In this document: positions 38,201-41,416 of the stretch, one piece after another
How positions within the stretch are numbered: position 1 is the stretch's first letter
How the letters are laid out: the number at the start of each line of letters is the position of its first letter
Assembly (NCBI GenBank): GCA_015494465.1
Contig: WGBD01000001.1
Coordinates: 180,477 to 244,476, forward strand
Reading direction: 5' to 3'
Origin: Candidatus Omnitrophota bacterium
Lineage (GTDB): Bacteria > Omnitrophota > Gorgyraeia > S143-82
DNA: 64,000 nt
Notes under the pieces: generated by a model
The model's input: the letters and a program-made list of their open reading frames with translations, nothing else
Databases searched by the model: none
What the model was told of the DNA's origin: nothing
Position numbers and translations under genes: made by a program

Positions 38201-39601
38201 CGCGAGTTTGGATTCCAGATCCGAGCCTTTTATCCAAGCAGGCGCTGCATTCTCTCCATCCGGGGTAAGGCTATAGGCAAGGCCGTTCATCAGCGCAGTG
38301 CTGGCTATCTTACCACCTAAACCTGAGATACTCGCCCGCAGATAAGGCTTGGAACTGATGTGCTTGGCGATGAGGTTGTCCACACCTACCACTGATGCTC
38401 CAACTATTCCTCCTTGCAGGGCACCAACCAAAGCCGCCTTGGCCACCGAATGCCCCACCCAATCCACGGTCTTGGACCCCAGGTTCCCGATAATAGTCTT
38501 CTCTACCACCATACGCTTAAAGGCCTCTTCTGTCAGGTGCTGCTGGATGGCTGTCCGTTTCAGGTCGTACATCTGAAGCCCTCCCAGGGTGGCCTGCTGG
38601 GCTACAAAACCGCTCAACTGACCCACCCACACCGGAGCCTTAAGAACCCCAGTGGTAATGTTGGAAGCGATGTTTCCTACATTGGCTGCCGTCAAAGCGG
38701 TGGTAAAGCTCGTCCCCGTGAGAGCGGAACTAACCCCCGCACTTACCAAAGACATGCCCACACTCAGGGCCACATCGCCAAGGCTCATCCCCGGAAGCAT
38801 ATCATCGATGTCCACTGCATCTTCGGGCCCTTCCCTTCTGAACCCACCCCGCAAAGCGAGTGCCTCTTCCAACCGCAGTACTTGATAGCCACCACGCACT
38901 CTATTAAGATCCCTCCTTGGAACCAGCACCACACCAGAGAAGTGCTCCGAGAAGTCTTTCAAGGGCGAGATAAACATCTCGCCATTGCTCACATATGCCA
39001 TTACCTTCCCAACCGACAGGACCTCAACATAGTGCCCGCCAAAGCTATCCAGGAGGGCGATAAAGCGCAGGCCTGTGAGGGCCAACAAATCCTTCACCCT
39101 TATAGGCACCAGCGGAAGGTGGTGATACGCAGAAAGCAGAGCCAAGGCGTAGACGGAGACCTGTTTGAAGTTCCCAGTCCCACCGGCCTCAATGAGATCC
39201 ACCATCCTAGAATAGAGGCCAAAGCCCTTTTTAGGCGAGACACCGTTGTCCAACAGGAATTGGTAAAGGACCTCCTCACCACAGTTGGCGAGGTAATCCC
39301 AGACCTTGTGCGGGTGTTTGCTTACGCCCCAGGCCAACAAGGCCTTCCTCAGCCACTTATCGTCCTTTGCATATCCCCACCTTACCGCAAGATCGTAGGC
39401 AAGGGAAGGGGGCAGCTTTTCTCCCAAGACCTGCAAGGCGGTACTCTGCACCTGTGAGGCCAAGGTCCCTAACCGGATGTGGCGGGCGAGGAAATTAGGA
39501 TCGTAACCGTATGCCCAAGAGATATTTTCAAATATGAATAAAATGCTTGTAAAAATCGCCAAAAATTGGGCAAAAATTTTTCTGCCCTTCATAGGCAACA
39601 C
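8234..39601 (-). CDS. giant multi-domain membrane-associated protein (10,455 aa). Its domains are a C39/papain-like peptidase, a SecA-like DEAD motor ATPase, YD/RHS-like repeats, low-complexity tracts and multiple TM clusters
   Basis: A single uninterrupted reading frame of 31,368 nt. It starts at a GTG at 39601, or at the ATG at 39592 preceded by AAGGGG, and lies 34 nt downstream of the tadC-like gene. The internal motifs listed in the findings are read directly from the translation. Confidence 0.85.
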   Translation of the reverse strand: MLPMKGRKIFAQFLAIFTSILFIFENISWAYGYDPNFLARHIRLGTLASQVQSTALQVLGEKLPPSLAYDLAVRWGYAKDDKWLRKALLAWGVSKHPHKVWDYLANCGEEVLYQFLLDNGVSPKKGFGLYSRMVDLIEAGGTGNFKQVSVYALALLSAYHHLPLVPIRVKDLLALTGLRFIALLDSFGGHYVEVLSVGKVMAYVSNGEMFISPLKDFSEHFSGVVLVPRRDLNRVRGGYQVLRLEEALALRGGFRREGPEDAVDIDDMLPGMSLGDVALSVGMSLVSAGVSSALTGTSFTTALTAANVGNIASNITTGVLKAPVWVGQLSGFVAQQATLGGLQMYDLKRTAIQQHLTEEAFKRMVVEKTIIGNLGSKTVDWVGHSVAKAALVGALQGGIVGASVVGVDNLIAKHISSKPYLRASISGLGGKIASTALMNGLAYSLTPDGENAAPAWIKGSDLESKLAPLTKGGFGRGIKDAFSRTNLSQWGSEGVGLAVTGLAEKKGWVKDNFLRGLVSTSISSAVGRGIASTGEGYSGSSLASSEFWKDVLISGVRGGIADLAVGKLEDLAEDKLGLSPYASSQVTTLALVGASALWAKATTHPVVGPDGKMTLRRPTWKEAFSGSMRQLKGVLATWRPPELGNYGDFSSYQAASSGYAMRLANAAGIVQMSGIADKLKEHGVSDWRYHLLPTPGEVWGRMVSQGAHAVSTNIMDKIFLSSGLYALHLSDKRPVFVGLNGVYGSEGKGIKFGDVLGMKIRKGSGPFAGLFSRWMDNSTTFLGYVNRAGEYANNSQLYDLATYTPVGTFENRYTYDERMEEDITVGIATHAKFFSYRVPTYLSSSGQLNVGRVLGAFRRLEAGGTDLGQLDNILRKEETGKAYLGRLEERFAKGNLPGEMGMLLSDGIVGGRFYYLSPEGKVPVFSWGRNDLIEKGTGLPKGVHQIGREWVYTTGVIHRKESDEYWMDEGSIFHFSWDKTVRSTNTPSPQRQPTPQALASVRTTQLSRDVVALTAELPENVGKARLKADEGVRAKEVFASLRAGMRVNPFAEEGMAFDFRNTMLWGKKAGEIEINGIRRGFALSEKTGWVEPISKQKFWTAVLDNKLELAPGTAARISHIAFDRYRVENGIGYEAEAQFEKPVSATFDVNTVMRGEGFKLSYHMDKLEGSSKEVRGELTAYYPGEEWTLNLLFGPEKTFSTLEDNPLDAFLWRDYSIQTGETRSMVLSPEDKVLRSKDDKFLVALAAPQQTVSETGAGASQTSGSNTKGEMPPFQFDFITSLGDDVNPYNLGYMDKAKVKFEGIAQSLPGFGGSTSISGSGDLFDASMNKNLIVKFGKYTNPETRGFVAVDNYLREDRVSHRVVKHVRPEDLAKTSVMRIKDGRYYYGAGSWNVQADITDEMQGGPITQMNVTFTPTRVLSSTISFGNKTIGRDFAEQGNKNLPQGRVDPMNIRFAWDRGNISERMVATIPVYDSKGNERAGVYGLDVVRTSQSLIDAGAWWAKRVSATYSRVWGTRLLPDRAPPRGQPPQDQPIPEGHGFMDIKWVKEVISSNPDSPAKDRYLLVSLSNALANPQSSTYDIIPRNLVVRGQGPIKETYLGGLLADKVDMDARPEQGGAWDFYFNEAGAISSYKGVLKHGALITQNNVTHLDTVLRDEKTGETHKVKVDFGHGVSFTWDVTPDQGINRRINATKPLDVTVSYNNYKNQQAKMSVDKSGRAFINGKNRLTLPVHAMRISGGNPDSGNAGRPKKIDIPKTEADFVGRASELVAELNFKPPSKILLNNTFSSVRIGKGSAEVTGDFVDRRVLTNITIHGETADRMPITYGTGKNGAPNVVNQVAFTNKMTATFNPNGEVKFSGVNEGQVVWIQIPFEGKRGWVKVQTPDVGNVKEAANVRRIKEGRLKFEEAKYKLRGGNLTLAGGKGLKVAFKVDGVSNWRQSNLSYDRAHNAWKVEGENWFVPFLSAGPGSSPGSGSSGGISTIEVKVRKEGAGLLATDQRLTIFMTNMYGTLSAYQSNAVKLRFTGDVENANYLLVGTFNTGRSAKTPVQNIEVLQNINRGATYDRVTGFGGVNLTGGTTVANMYNLASQKQVLLAREVTNNQIKGIFETAKGVEDLAEKLNALKISREVKDAIIKAYKGETLTDKEMKALNELGIGIGTLSLSSKKADIVALTGGGTGIRGDLNIKVAHGRQELVTQKVQVNAGAVNIKGDLPVLVNVIAVPSSPKPKGPVEATRAGARVYKEGDIVRAKGVEWSLTGLGTVANATGRFAGNLAMAKDYFYFSDGKTRPIFPTAIVRGPSGDIKGVNIVRGWTWGDKVRDRRGLVSIAKMVYGVHIDTSAGKNGVYLAGDDRMLTVKALQDLSGKEWRAFIPNLDEKKGLVRYEEKGLFMGKSAVALKALRPQETTISFVNRSLQDTAFRQYFKNYSWSNSLEGLKKQGLTAEYIRPSVLFQVSSDYYAHKVAQSPELRHLWVTNPLRNRQDLSEAYKKFVTQHTWESFAALRKKLGKAFKENPQLLKDWRDAYIGDTFSTGVRQSLAPVSFLVKIPAKIGIILERMFGHKESAKRSERTLNRELDLMSRGYVGEFKSLVPILTGLSPEKVSKVVDEKYGAAQKIGKSIGYLHAIAPILAHSAAVEVLAGAALAPVVGAVRAGRVVEVAKGTLGRAGSRVIGAGRVMGKIKGIRGVPVRIWESVGSGLEGRLVGRVAGRVVEWGGRLGGELRGRITGIGARVSGRLSGLGSGVGERIALGGGRALVPTGAGVSSASLIRTVATASFFVPAGNGQSLGGRAMGLVSAGVSRAMDRAVFWIGREDLNKAGVKTKQEYLLKRYEQTGNRRYLLYGLLYKGAETSLTMGAFGLLFGGFSRLTRGASFSSSLAFDLANTWFVIRPFYAEASRQLGWMWHNRALVGQALAGNLKSIDQRRGVYENLTGFAGTLLGASVAHVGTGRILRAGEGAVKGWRGEAVEGQFGLRGALRGAREGFGAWKSLPKEFGMAMTSEAAMMGVGATFGGKALSTALVGRTVVQSSVGHVAENLQGLERDVNKVLTGKVSTSEVKSRRVHPVAREVTNLFYRIETKRSGEVALAPRIPGSKVLGIHEMPLGRANSISAGAVRSMLKEGSYRLPVQEMSGGEAVKVLTGEKRMHQDALVNSLNQRKAMEVLAQEGRSFRGLRQMGLSPEMAFEISTLNMAREGRVAQSVDALLKGYGKEFAEGRITIDAYVSSLRKFAEGIGERNGLSRERLRADIENAVGGRLGTLISKDTANGVEKPQVDRTKMESEIEKAIQARISGKEVNDVVSIAKKLTGTLFGDKSQLSLSPETYGKVREEIVDAAIAIKSFESPYEISRMKAARVNENYRLVRTSLLQHPVFQEALKGSIRITSTPARDLLRQAVDEASERVARKAVEKGAVLEASGDLGETVKNLFPAEAKVGDLLGKTSAHRAGSVGVQEAVDALAGMGSPSAEVLRSMMKASEGMGGNKDLFRMGAKEFRSVYTEAVKRSTMVESARGILPKEKFALFEQKFDALVAKIDKGLGEQMVQEGETGVKVDGKEVRHAVKVILKEFAPDMKLSKEEVESLSRHIGGAVLASWATKEAFRKVENKGFKPKAVQELKGILGAKFWNIEAPVGGGKTYASEMMAISHNYAKEGFTELYLANSALVKNFVDNKVIQEALKLTGNKMYVMTSNENLIRDYRGKENIKVIDPTKMDAKEIREVLTNTNERRVVVGEYSAFQQAMNKLYEAGEYTAFIAKRREIGDRARVIIDEEAILRTPVDAIIGDGGAPIADVVEKEIQPAWEGVKRALGRYEGKGFEEFLNENFNYNQQTGMFEIKEGANPQVLKDFRLERRGDKLVGKGVSVAGVNSLVTVLAEIEGVKVGGGKLVFDRMVSWYGKEKRFVPYSEGQFRPEQISKNVQYVGAKAFLSGLISKGEFKPEEVRVGAEQVKHVSTLLKERGFDYKAALENTRAGGITVTSTSVGELLNVARLGDVVFLSGTLRDIEPLVEGITGKRVKTIGRPITLVLDGEKVVMTSGKQTGVFWDVFKEEKKDKFINNVVNGIVSGLNLKGKEKVDAYYVVVEDTGMRQEILKRLREKGINAEDYTDKPEELESVARNLGEKGAGAPEVILVSELGARGITAGDKARVDLIDIVSPSQSKALAEQVLGRINRKEGGSSGNAYIYVADSLVKNFLKENLFRSKDVSRTLDLIDQVDMRVMKTRTEAKARVKASNVSYKEMWKKIRSDILDKDGNLKEEELDKYLEGEGKEKSKVLALYLAGMQAVESAKATRRILTDVMRANLFTTPWKMFVSGAKNGVLGRPEVYERLKRIETEEILNPKDNPFEQLLSREKILTPEELVRESLEAVRTQMDRMIDRVEREVGKGVAKDLKEAFRYGELDAYLRGEAKGQEIGKIVERLWGKDVLNGGSSAVSQSHLEREMKKEARVEVQTAPSSQPEFTPQWNEGAISALMVEKAPGHGRTAYDTAKVVVNALAKDMPVEVRRNLEYQLARSFAGMSPTTLRAPPAVANLLNGALNKLPNQISSALQSVNQITAQISQLNPNQVSNEQLQQISVQLNSLLANPVVSNVLAEDKNQILNQAIENISKGSFNGDTQKQVVEALSEIGKKLNTRKDEVETLNEKFTSPAQALAGIKNISEKVGDKTGEIRDALTHVFVNPNLSYEQALRVVGYSELMRNRLGITDEDFIRKEAFRAKDMGLEEFLNNLSVRLSTPKRVGASKVASVNLAHQRAKMEFLREWRNPSLGWSGKIGALGGYLGSVASSSLKAILSTPLAVERELALPEIDNGKVLDNIGALKGQLGLRLRDRMIPSFSFSAPVGPMPKVATGTALAGVVGLGLLLLNPSIALATGGAIAVAGASGIAKVIAGVSSLPVLGWSVLNRGVPKRGIRWSEIESKGLTALGLNSLEDGKLAREMATAMLAGGKAEAVRSVLSGLETALGDRAKAIEDNITVRDAMKLADSDVSLRDKFDILARYLPDEGQLRGLKRALAEASAPANPFATMLENRWMAKFAQVDPVSSAIDAVARAVVNNGVENTDLVGKVLSALVNGGNEDLSSLLGAGERANKQFKDLVDRYRKEGRLARLYHKGLSVQSRVLGRKGYLLPLTVLTVTSGGAGLLAMFGTYAGWKAVTKGPGAIMSDLANSRLSLTTAVPVLAGMSFLPSVGMPAAVAAALAGAAGGAVLGIGRELRALLSQLREANWKEAIRKTDWRSLAGSAFKAGAGLGAIYAGGMLATAHASLWAYWGIGIPALFVGYSQFIQGWLGLRRTAASLSNEKMTGYAGNEALKVAVDSLGRVELVPDESNRLEGISGDRERLVKEFGLKEETIKRLSEAEVSSLRRELERRKEEYLLSAYSSVRSAGFVWEMDEVALKEFAQRFMGLDEARLSNLSVHELRRTIANWYARLGITGLPKKLAVYAWVADKLGWSTARRMVDGVMFVPRTMIHLLDSFFGQSFRKRWLVAQFRDYRVLPEEEVNRVVSAFLSLPEEERGNFGIVGKTRSAFERNVTLGGTLDFLKRRGTLFVLSSLATLGVANLFALAPFLSTGVVSLFGHKVAIAPYLANTFSLSALFTAPSMVKVRRIRSAQRKLDELLRAVGYQNNAPPVRVDDTTAVRELLRKLREEQDLEDERLVGLARSLQFFWPEVEWRSLVNELGLDVKEVRLSLPERTVSYLATFGRGLFSSTTLRYALPGMVPLMLLPLEIHMVLSTAHHLHISWLVAPIETTMLNLVRSGVMVASSVVLPGLGSSVAGLVGGVNERDRLAKEAGKATSEPSFLERTLGRALNWLMGSVASPVKAGERPKEIKKGPAPVKVKTPKITNPVKVQQKIEQATIEAKKPVPEKVLNALETEFRKALNWKKIQRKMLNKETYALQVEGPEYSIKKVFTNPIAFKKWVKKIKEEGGEVIVKNAINGQILTPADLDAIHREGKNVPVMLEVKAKSGEEYRFFFGYHAWEKDKAVQEQYLVSREVANALDRALAEGDVERALKVLDDYIKGLSSGRSGGEGGDDPNAQILRELKRVRQMLQAKASARQTGPIVAVVMDVDPVTGIPTGVKALISKGELKEVILPDGRKQVLVKVGDKEYEVKAYRVKGTSDELEEVTWEEIKSKASGSLQFRIVVKGEKDARRMPMLFGTVWSAKQEFARSILSAISQASMVSHLEGQVRAGTAWFFATLGSAFVSPQIGAGFKLAAILFGILDRYVGRHDYEQAFRQKLNDYLLWVMAVEKVRKENAGRKLDPTSTAVRGEVLKAYKWLKSKYGQDLNEADYQELYRLFMSAIRNVDEDKDFVKALGQGDATEKLDRDILTFTGILSSLAELTEKDWDRGAKEVFHNYWFGLPWEIKLHNIVYKFIDREYLSYDHAPKYKVEKSKGPYGREKAKKLNRLPIGVTIDVRYILHQLREFVDKTNTLEEVRDRNPLFKLLFWWKDSLKDALHIYLWGVDITLPFRIKATKDLVEILTNQKKGYEDTDVLLVKGRDVKEKMSLEEFESRLAEFDPAKGGWVLLGYMSPSGKMSGENKGSSVPVYAYVEVKKGRLGQPDAEIEVKGMAMFTSKGVRKSLEISRQKYQNMLKYFRVVNQRQGGVIIEELDEKGHTKEIVDIRPGKDAQRTARRLQTSAAQIVRFWDVYKRYHFRVQEMKEALKGAKGPDRKILLQGIEAIRTLEEEGVDVSRLKEVFDVDMYFSKFYLPYKDGSVKRFTIIVSTDEVAKQVKRLKLQGEFARKVEGALKQGKIAISVGKENGEVKEVVVDEKEVRAIFNKINHLPDVERIKAFRKDFVNIPIDLDGDGEKEVITVHFPSGDKPVEVDWVNPDTGLVEKLVIKDGHLLAQISANGKVTIYNWKKYSDERDFLVKDSAEVYEFSRDVRGRSWDEIRRLIYTGKARHLYHIRIHQILRDPNKEVVDLSEITEIHEVLDLRTGEKKKVFYGWFLQPVMVEKRGDRFAENHQIIENEFDRQGRLKRSAVYKGRDSRLYLAELWERALVDKDGNASFKVIKFTPDRSEIARETVKLDIFGRDIERKLANGGVIKTLYGGLSDLPKRVIFYRPDGKVAKEIYDIHIEKGGMAVGKVKGEDTAWYEETWVWDRKELSADPVLKMNANTVEQVKEIREDGTVVREVKDKHGELLKRIEEKWVKIDGKVWKVAEVWSYREGKSYQISDAYGDLIARAVPTRYVDEKGSTSYGLVWTRVIYEGKIAGNRVRMREAILVDYLPKDIRDLLPRMLSGKWDGARQEILERARSRYDAKKKEVWVRFEKYVRYRTKDGKTRTGVKTREEKVGPAGVPVRVKLVDKKYDQEWWIRKVYPEKGGLTPERQVILERTPLGELADIRGQNEEVTGEVTIAGKVYTIKRVVDRKTKVAYAVIEGDWDELKERLSPELISKITSSLKKDVRAWRSGILLKEKGKHYFVYAQGEEYIEVQAKGLDEIKGLPENVKAKLRDLLQERKVLPNAYLAFTIRRNPISGMDHIKVYVPEDNALGQELVEFVVDEKGLVPPVMLLPRQFLLSEPVVMERYQLTEGNWINVGKIVQADVSKKDGDVFVTAQVIYFDKSMVIQDYRASNNPFGQLMKIMSESRKEKAFPIPATGVAVQPPIGGTICKGKWVLRGPGKESTIAELESFGEMSGDSLIKHILQNIRGIDPTVSKEMLELFARLRGTDLSLGRTRVVSNGKVIVSLVKAGDPAAREVGRLEINEKGEILSITLYGKWLDKFPVMGYEIDLVNHKIYKVWTEMNERAYLDLLDDKALHFFLKQVDLGHLQGEGARQVLAKMVNVVVRDLVAEREVNGNWKVYKPRRWVDVLLMGTYDIGLSNPVGKLSVEVDRENGKIVPRRILQGSLYRIGQITSEVEQVRQILGDKAEILHRVAQGGARRLVKIGNVSFVLIGFEKNRAEFAETFILEVRNPGDTHLPMGTRIYIRRYYGDRDLYYVSFVDKNGNALAEYLYDANRGKWFEQFHVKRYVWQDEEGNDYTAIEVIPTHKYQKSTKDLGRKYILLRNGVLIYSTTQLTRDMSTAEGVPTFVHLWDYFRNSFLGKILFGIFPVGTPEGILEKVLKEGELVADTEAVSHLAEELSPYFASAVEQVIRHKDEYRTPDLEKPIKAKPKEGTARDWQGNRNWLGAIVGLLTKQLSPSEAYRVILPTAVGLFAFWYLWIGGLLFVLPMLVAVFGVPVVYWLSRKQLRKMYSQFRLNLNSMTWRQVQELGLSKEETALVMMARQRALGFRNSLEFVEAMFKTRYQVDRDDEKVAFLRGGGFVNEVRNRLGLGEDVSWQELRDKLEGREDLQALTLALILASLSGADLSKYPKAKKALMRASRELVRIGNFSLPAVAWDSFRGVSDLDGIIDWISSGRENLGGFLKRFAGRLSDEERRKMEEDLRDSAKRLQALGMDEEVGRRRLLSIALGYILASDAYKQELADRMDEFFSAEGWKKDPYLNQYYVNMRASMFNRFLDGLTEINGRPRLKVEVVDFPGEEELAKEDLFIFDYTDDMNPYPVDFEYGRFSYGALHGVRYWLGMNALISRGIYSLTSQGRFEEWLWENIVSKRIYDEDIVSAVNALIPQISNLRSVLIKVMASNISAHETQRDAATLIRGKGRVMTEEVLNIVFRYLNQVNRGLYKGNSAQVRESAKALQDTLVAIAEGKEVSPAELDRAMFRFYKALIDAGDVILTGRRFNIWEYKFKELGFVWKNMGRIFSQGAVNNLTYKERMRRIAHLAIMLSSLGLALLIGSYFDWDVVNVGVPAGVDLRSLVGLPLAGAIAVVSVALYDTQVKRRLTGRSLILAQTILGLALLALAGAVVLHTFHAPVIPSTVIEIPDPVRYALAVGAYVLAFFTMVVLTPFSQSYLTMGSLGLRTMNEMALYAVGDNPKEIRRALVDLLTDERVGYVNTRLTLGEENRVKFALVLEAMSSTEEGEMLISPEVVRQLERAMGITRGEDGEIDVDRFGAVDRAELERLLDALLKNGAIKSRFRDFANQLLRRGGLTLYRSASEFDNQIIVHNGYSELPFFTVNELFAKNENEDHMVSRIGLLLSVPEKREEFVALKDYARSMREKGPEWTYLEKMLDDLLAYADRPEDIPDVHTWLEKLFGEKAKTEGVEKALNLLTVWANRRLQAAVNTTSTARWALNRVYTATLILNKESVRDRLEEMVNYKAVLPETVISYAFKKGYTPDEEGKLLYDWASERLKEDLPKLSEREVRDLYLSSRIRVVSRLLQPHMNVAQNEEIFDLEKDVDTYKRFFYGAMETSERVRDLWEKGQGAIEDARVPGKVIGENGGIATHGLKRFLYEVIATDSMPFIMSSNEQFHGAKWNQFAAVVPLSTSRAILAVDADHAFRPENQFAEVGELMNYRFDSYASATIPKIRHHMSKGFGIIGKVLPVGEEGFYASHIGKYEIGGMGAYGKFFIRTTPMRWSEGATTSYVAEDLMTVIAFQSFTGGDRYPVGYYVSQNPSMIIEKAWPYQYVDAATPVYKWSQDAPESAYSRYSINMMLAPSSSWAYILNNYWLDGLGFYTKKVLITRYIRWALLAFLILDWNPFTATPLALWISGLLLSQAININLLLYHVRILGKGWKRGIKDMLKEIPARLYWAYVHWLFMYEESVGQVGMKMYARFITTPGKGAQLAYAPEKRIYGIAYRTIKQYALISLLTFLFAGASPLKMVLWGVTFFMPIAGALGPALMNPADKRPTKNLWELLGKGGRVVAIAGAVAGAVLLPGVVMGIKSLIGSAIVGSGVLGVLSLWPFAILGAGLGWVAGVLMANGESRYRMLFRIKQLGRIYWYGVADAVEGVITRLMLGDTMRRVFLLDPYKLYNYEVGKKAPVNPYAIYRRISAGPLFAMLARWPKLPDLEEEKGKKEEEKKEKVKGEAGAGGSSVNEKGKEEKKETKKAQEKWEDRARALSTTISEILIAYVTLYAKNGMIESVKDEIIDRVAGILERNPKIAGVYWAFVNEKYILNKEKKRKVPLHNLEMTLYGKLEAYKDEVPDLDEVEISEKEIRDVLNALVKVEDELEQKYGMPGLRPSRFWALFDRGPLAVIMAIPLMAVYTVWIGLTYVIVPVRLALQGVRSRGRVRQVPGPSDAGVWMRLKARVRNWFRGTRMGIDVAPLKRKDAGLRFEVSVREVRPGAKVLVDVRKAGLLRRMEMAHMEAKVRFWLRQAGVRADYVLIWVEDRPEGAKAVQLLDNGVLVLDASAMREDESSFKEELLGLFSPRARITDAIDSIRIEGVRDSLHMRRALKDVVDALVREGYSEDEILTALLRYREIRMAERPMLMDADKGILYIHPVLLENGRASRIMLRAGLHFGIERQLRPTASKEELFFSMFDYMSSLISQVYRKSISYYVGRVVAKIIPGMEVYRIKELMDIASRKWPEEVKSLSMFGISLFEMAEEWRWWLTREIWERNPFMYGVYRLWRRLRDGLIVINQRWRGLWFRLWHKAPPVEVRRAFETAV

Positions 39602-39635
39602 CCCTTACACATCCACGATCATAACCTATTGCTAA

Positions 39636-40538
39636 TCAACGGAATCCGCCGAACACATCTCCTTTCATAAACTTTAAAATAACCGGTCCTGCTACCACTA
39701 TAAGTATAACAGGAAGGATAAAGAAAAGCAAAGGGAAAAGCATCTTGATAGGGGCGGTCATCGCCGCCTCCTCCGCCTTCATTATCCTATACACGCGCAT
39801 CTCGTTTGCCTGTATGCGCAGGATCTCCCCTATAGGGGTCCCCATCTTATCTCCCTGGATCAGGGCCCGAACGAATGACGACACCTCAGGCATATCCACC
39901 CGCCAGGCCATGTGCCTAAGTGCCTCGGCACGGGATCTTCCCATCTGGATCTGGCGCCAGACATGTGAGAGCTCCTCAGTAACCGCACAGGGTTTGTAGT
40001 CCCTAACCACCCGTTTCACCGCCAACATAAAGTCCATACCCGCTTCCACGCACAGTTTTAGCAGATCTATCACATTGGGAAGCTCTCTGGATATCTCTTT
40101 TCTTCTCTTGGCAATCCTATTGTTAAGCCAAATGTCCGGTAATATAAACCCTATGAACACCAATAGGATAGCGAGATCTGGCGAAGGGAGGTTGCCGATC
40201 AGGAGATAATACAATACGGGCACCAATAACAAAGAGAGCTCTTTGATCGCCATGAACTCGTTGACGGTAAGCGGAACATTAGCGGTAATAAGTTTACGGT
40301 TTATTTTTCTCTTAAGGTTGCCTAAAGGAAGAAGATCGTTTAGATTGGCTATTGGTCGCAGTAGTAATAAAAGTGCCTTCCAGTGTCCCCTAAGGCTGGC
40401 CAGTGAGCGTATGGCCTCCTCTTCGGACCACTCTTCGAAACGATGTCTTATTTTAGTATCTACCTTTCTGGAATAGAGATAACTGTACATCATCGCTGTC
40501 ACGAATAAAAAAATAGAGAGAACTACTAAAACTATCAT
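39636..40538 (-). CDS. tadC: Tad pilus assembly inner-membrane protein TadC-like (T2SS F-domain family)
   Basis: 300 aa with an N-terminal TM, a cytoplasmic T2SSF-type helical domain, and C-terminal TM helices (LFPLLFFILPVILIVVAGPVIL). It is paired with a TadB-like gene. Confidence 0.7.
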   Translation of the reverse strand: MIVLVVLSIFLFVTAMMYSYLYSRKVDTKIRHRFEEWSEEEAIRSLASLRGHWKALLLLLRPIANLNDLLPLGNLKRKINRKLITANVPLTVNEFMAIKELSLLLVPVLYYLLIGNLPSPDLAILLVFIGFILPDIWLNNRIAKRRKEISRELPNVIDLLKLCVEAGMDFMLAVKRVVRDYKPCAVTEELSHVWRQIQMGRSRAEALRHMAWRVDMPEVSSFVRALIQGDKMGTPIGEILRIQANEMRVYRIMKAEEAAMTAPIKMLFPLLFFILPVILIVVAGPVILKFMKGDVFGGFR

Positions 40539-40542
40539 ATTG

Positions 40543-41397
40543 TTAGACCTCCACCTTCCCCATGACCCTCATCGTAATCAATCCCAGTATCTGAGATACA
40601 ACCGCATATACCAAAAGCAATTGCCCAGTAGGATCTTTAAAGAATATGTCGAAGTGATGTGGATCTTGGTGGATGACGAACATCACAAAGAAAATCGGCA
40701 TAGCGCTTATAATCATCCCCTGCCAGCGCGCCTGAGCAGTCAAGACCTCTACCTTTCTCTGAAGCATCTTCTTTTCTCTGATCATCTGGGCCAAATTGGA
40801 AAAGATCTCCGTCACATTTCCCCCCGTATCCCTTGCTACGAGGACCGAGATAACCACGATGTCTACATCGTCGTTCCGTATGCGTGCCCTAAGCCGATTT
40901 AGCGCCTCTTCTAAAGGGATCCCCATCCTGAGTTGTTGGAGGATCAAGGCAAACTCTTCCCGGGTTGGGGACGGCATCTCTTCTACGACGACCTCAAAGG
41001 CCTGCCGTAAAGTTAGTCCTGCCTTTAAAGCTGACGACAATAGGGCCAAGGTATCCACGAGTTGATCAACAAACTGTTTTCTCCTTCGCTCTTCAAGGGC
41101 CCTTACCACGAACACAGGCAGGAGGGCCCCAACCGCTGCTCCTAGCAAAGCAAACAAGGGATTTGCAAAGAGAAAAAACACTATTATCCCGCCTCCGACC
41201 ATCGACAACACATATAGCATATTCAGGGTCTTTCGTTGTACGGGAAGGAGCATGCCCTCAAGAAGAGCCTCGGTCTGACGAATTTGGGCCTCCCGAACCC
41301 TAGAGTATCTATGCGCCACCCCCGGAACTAACAGCAGAGTAAGTGAGGCCACTGACCCGGCTATCAAAATGAGGATAACAATAAGAAAAGGATCCAT
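40543..41397 (-). CDS. tadB: Tad pilus assembly inner-membrane protein TadB-like (T2SS F-domain family)
   Basis: 284 aa with T2SSF-domain signatures (ALKAGLTLRQAFEVV...; ARDTGGNVTEIFSNLAQMIREK) and an N-TM, helical domain, C-TM topology. Confidence 0.7.
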   Translation of the reverse strand: MDPFLIVILILIAGSVASLTLLLVPGVAHRYSRVREAQIRQTEALLEGMLLPVQRKTLNMLYVLSMVGGGIIVFFLFANPLFALLGAAVGALLPVFVVRALEERRRKQFVDQLVDTLALLSSALKAGLTLRQAFEVVVEEMPSPTREEFALILQQLRMGIPLEEALNRLRARIRNDDVDIVVISVLVARDTGGNVTEIFSNLAQMIREKKMLQRKVEVLTAQARWQGMIISAMPIFFVMFVIHQDPHHFDIFFKDPTGQLLLVYAVVSQILGLITMRVMGKVEV

Positions 41398-41416
41398 CTC
41401 CCCCCTCCCCCCGGCG

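Noticed and set aside
39590-39601. Alternative start codon for the giant gene
   Set aside because: This is not a separate feature. A GTG at 39601 and an ATG at 39592 are both in frame. The ATG has a better AAGGGG spacer, and the choice changes the protein by only 3 residues.
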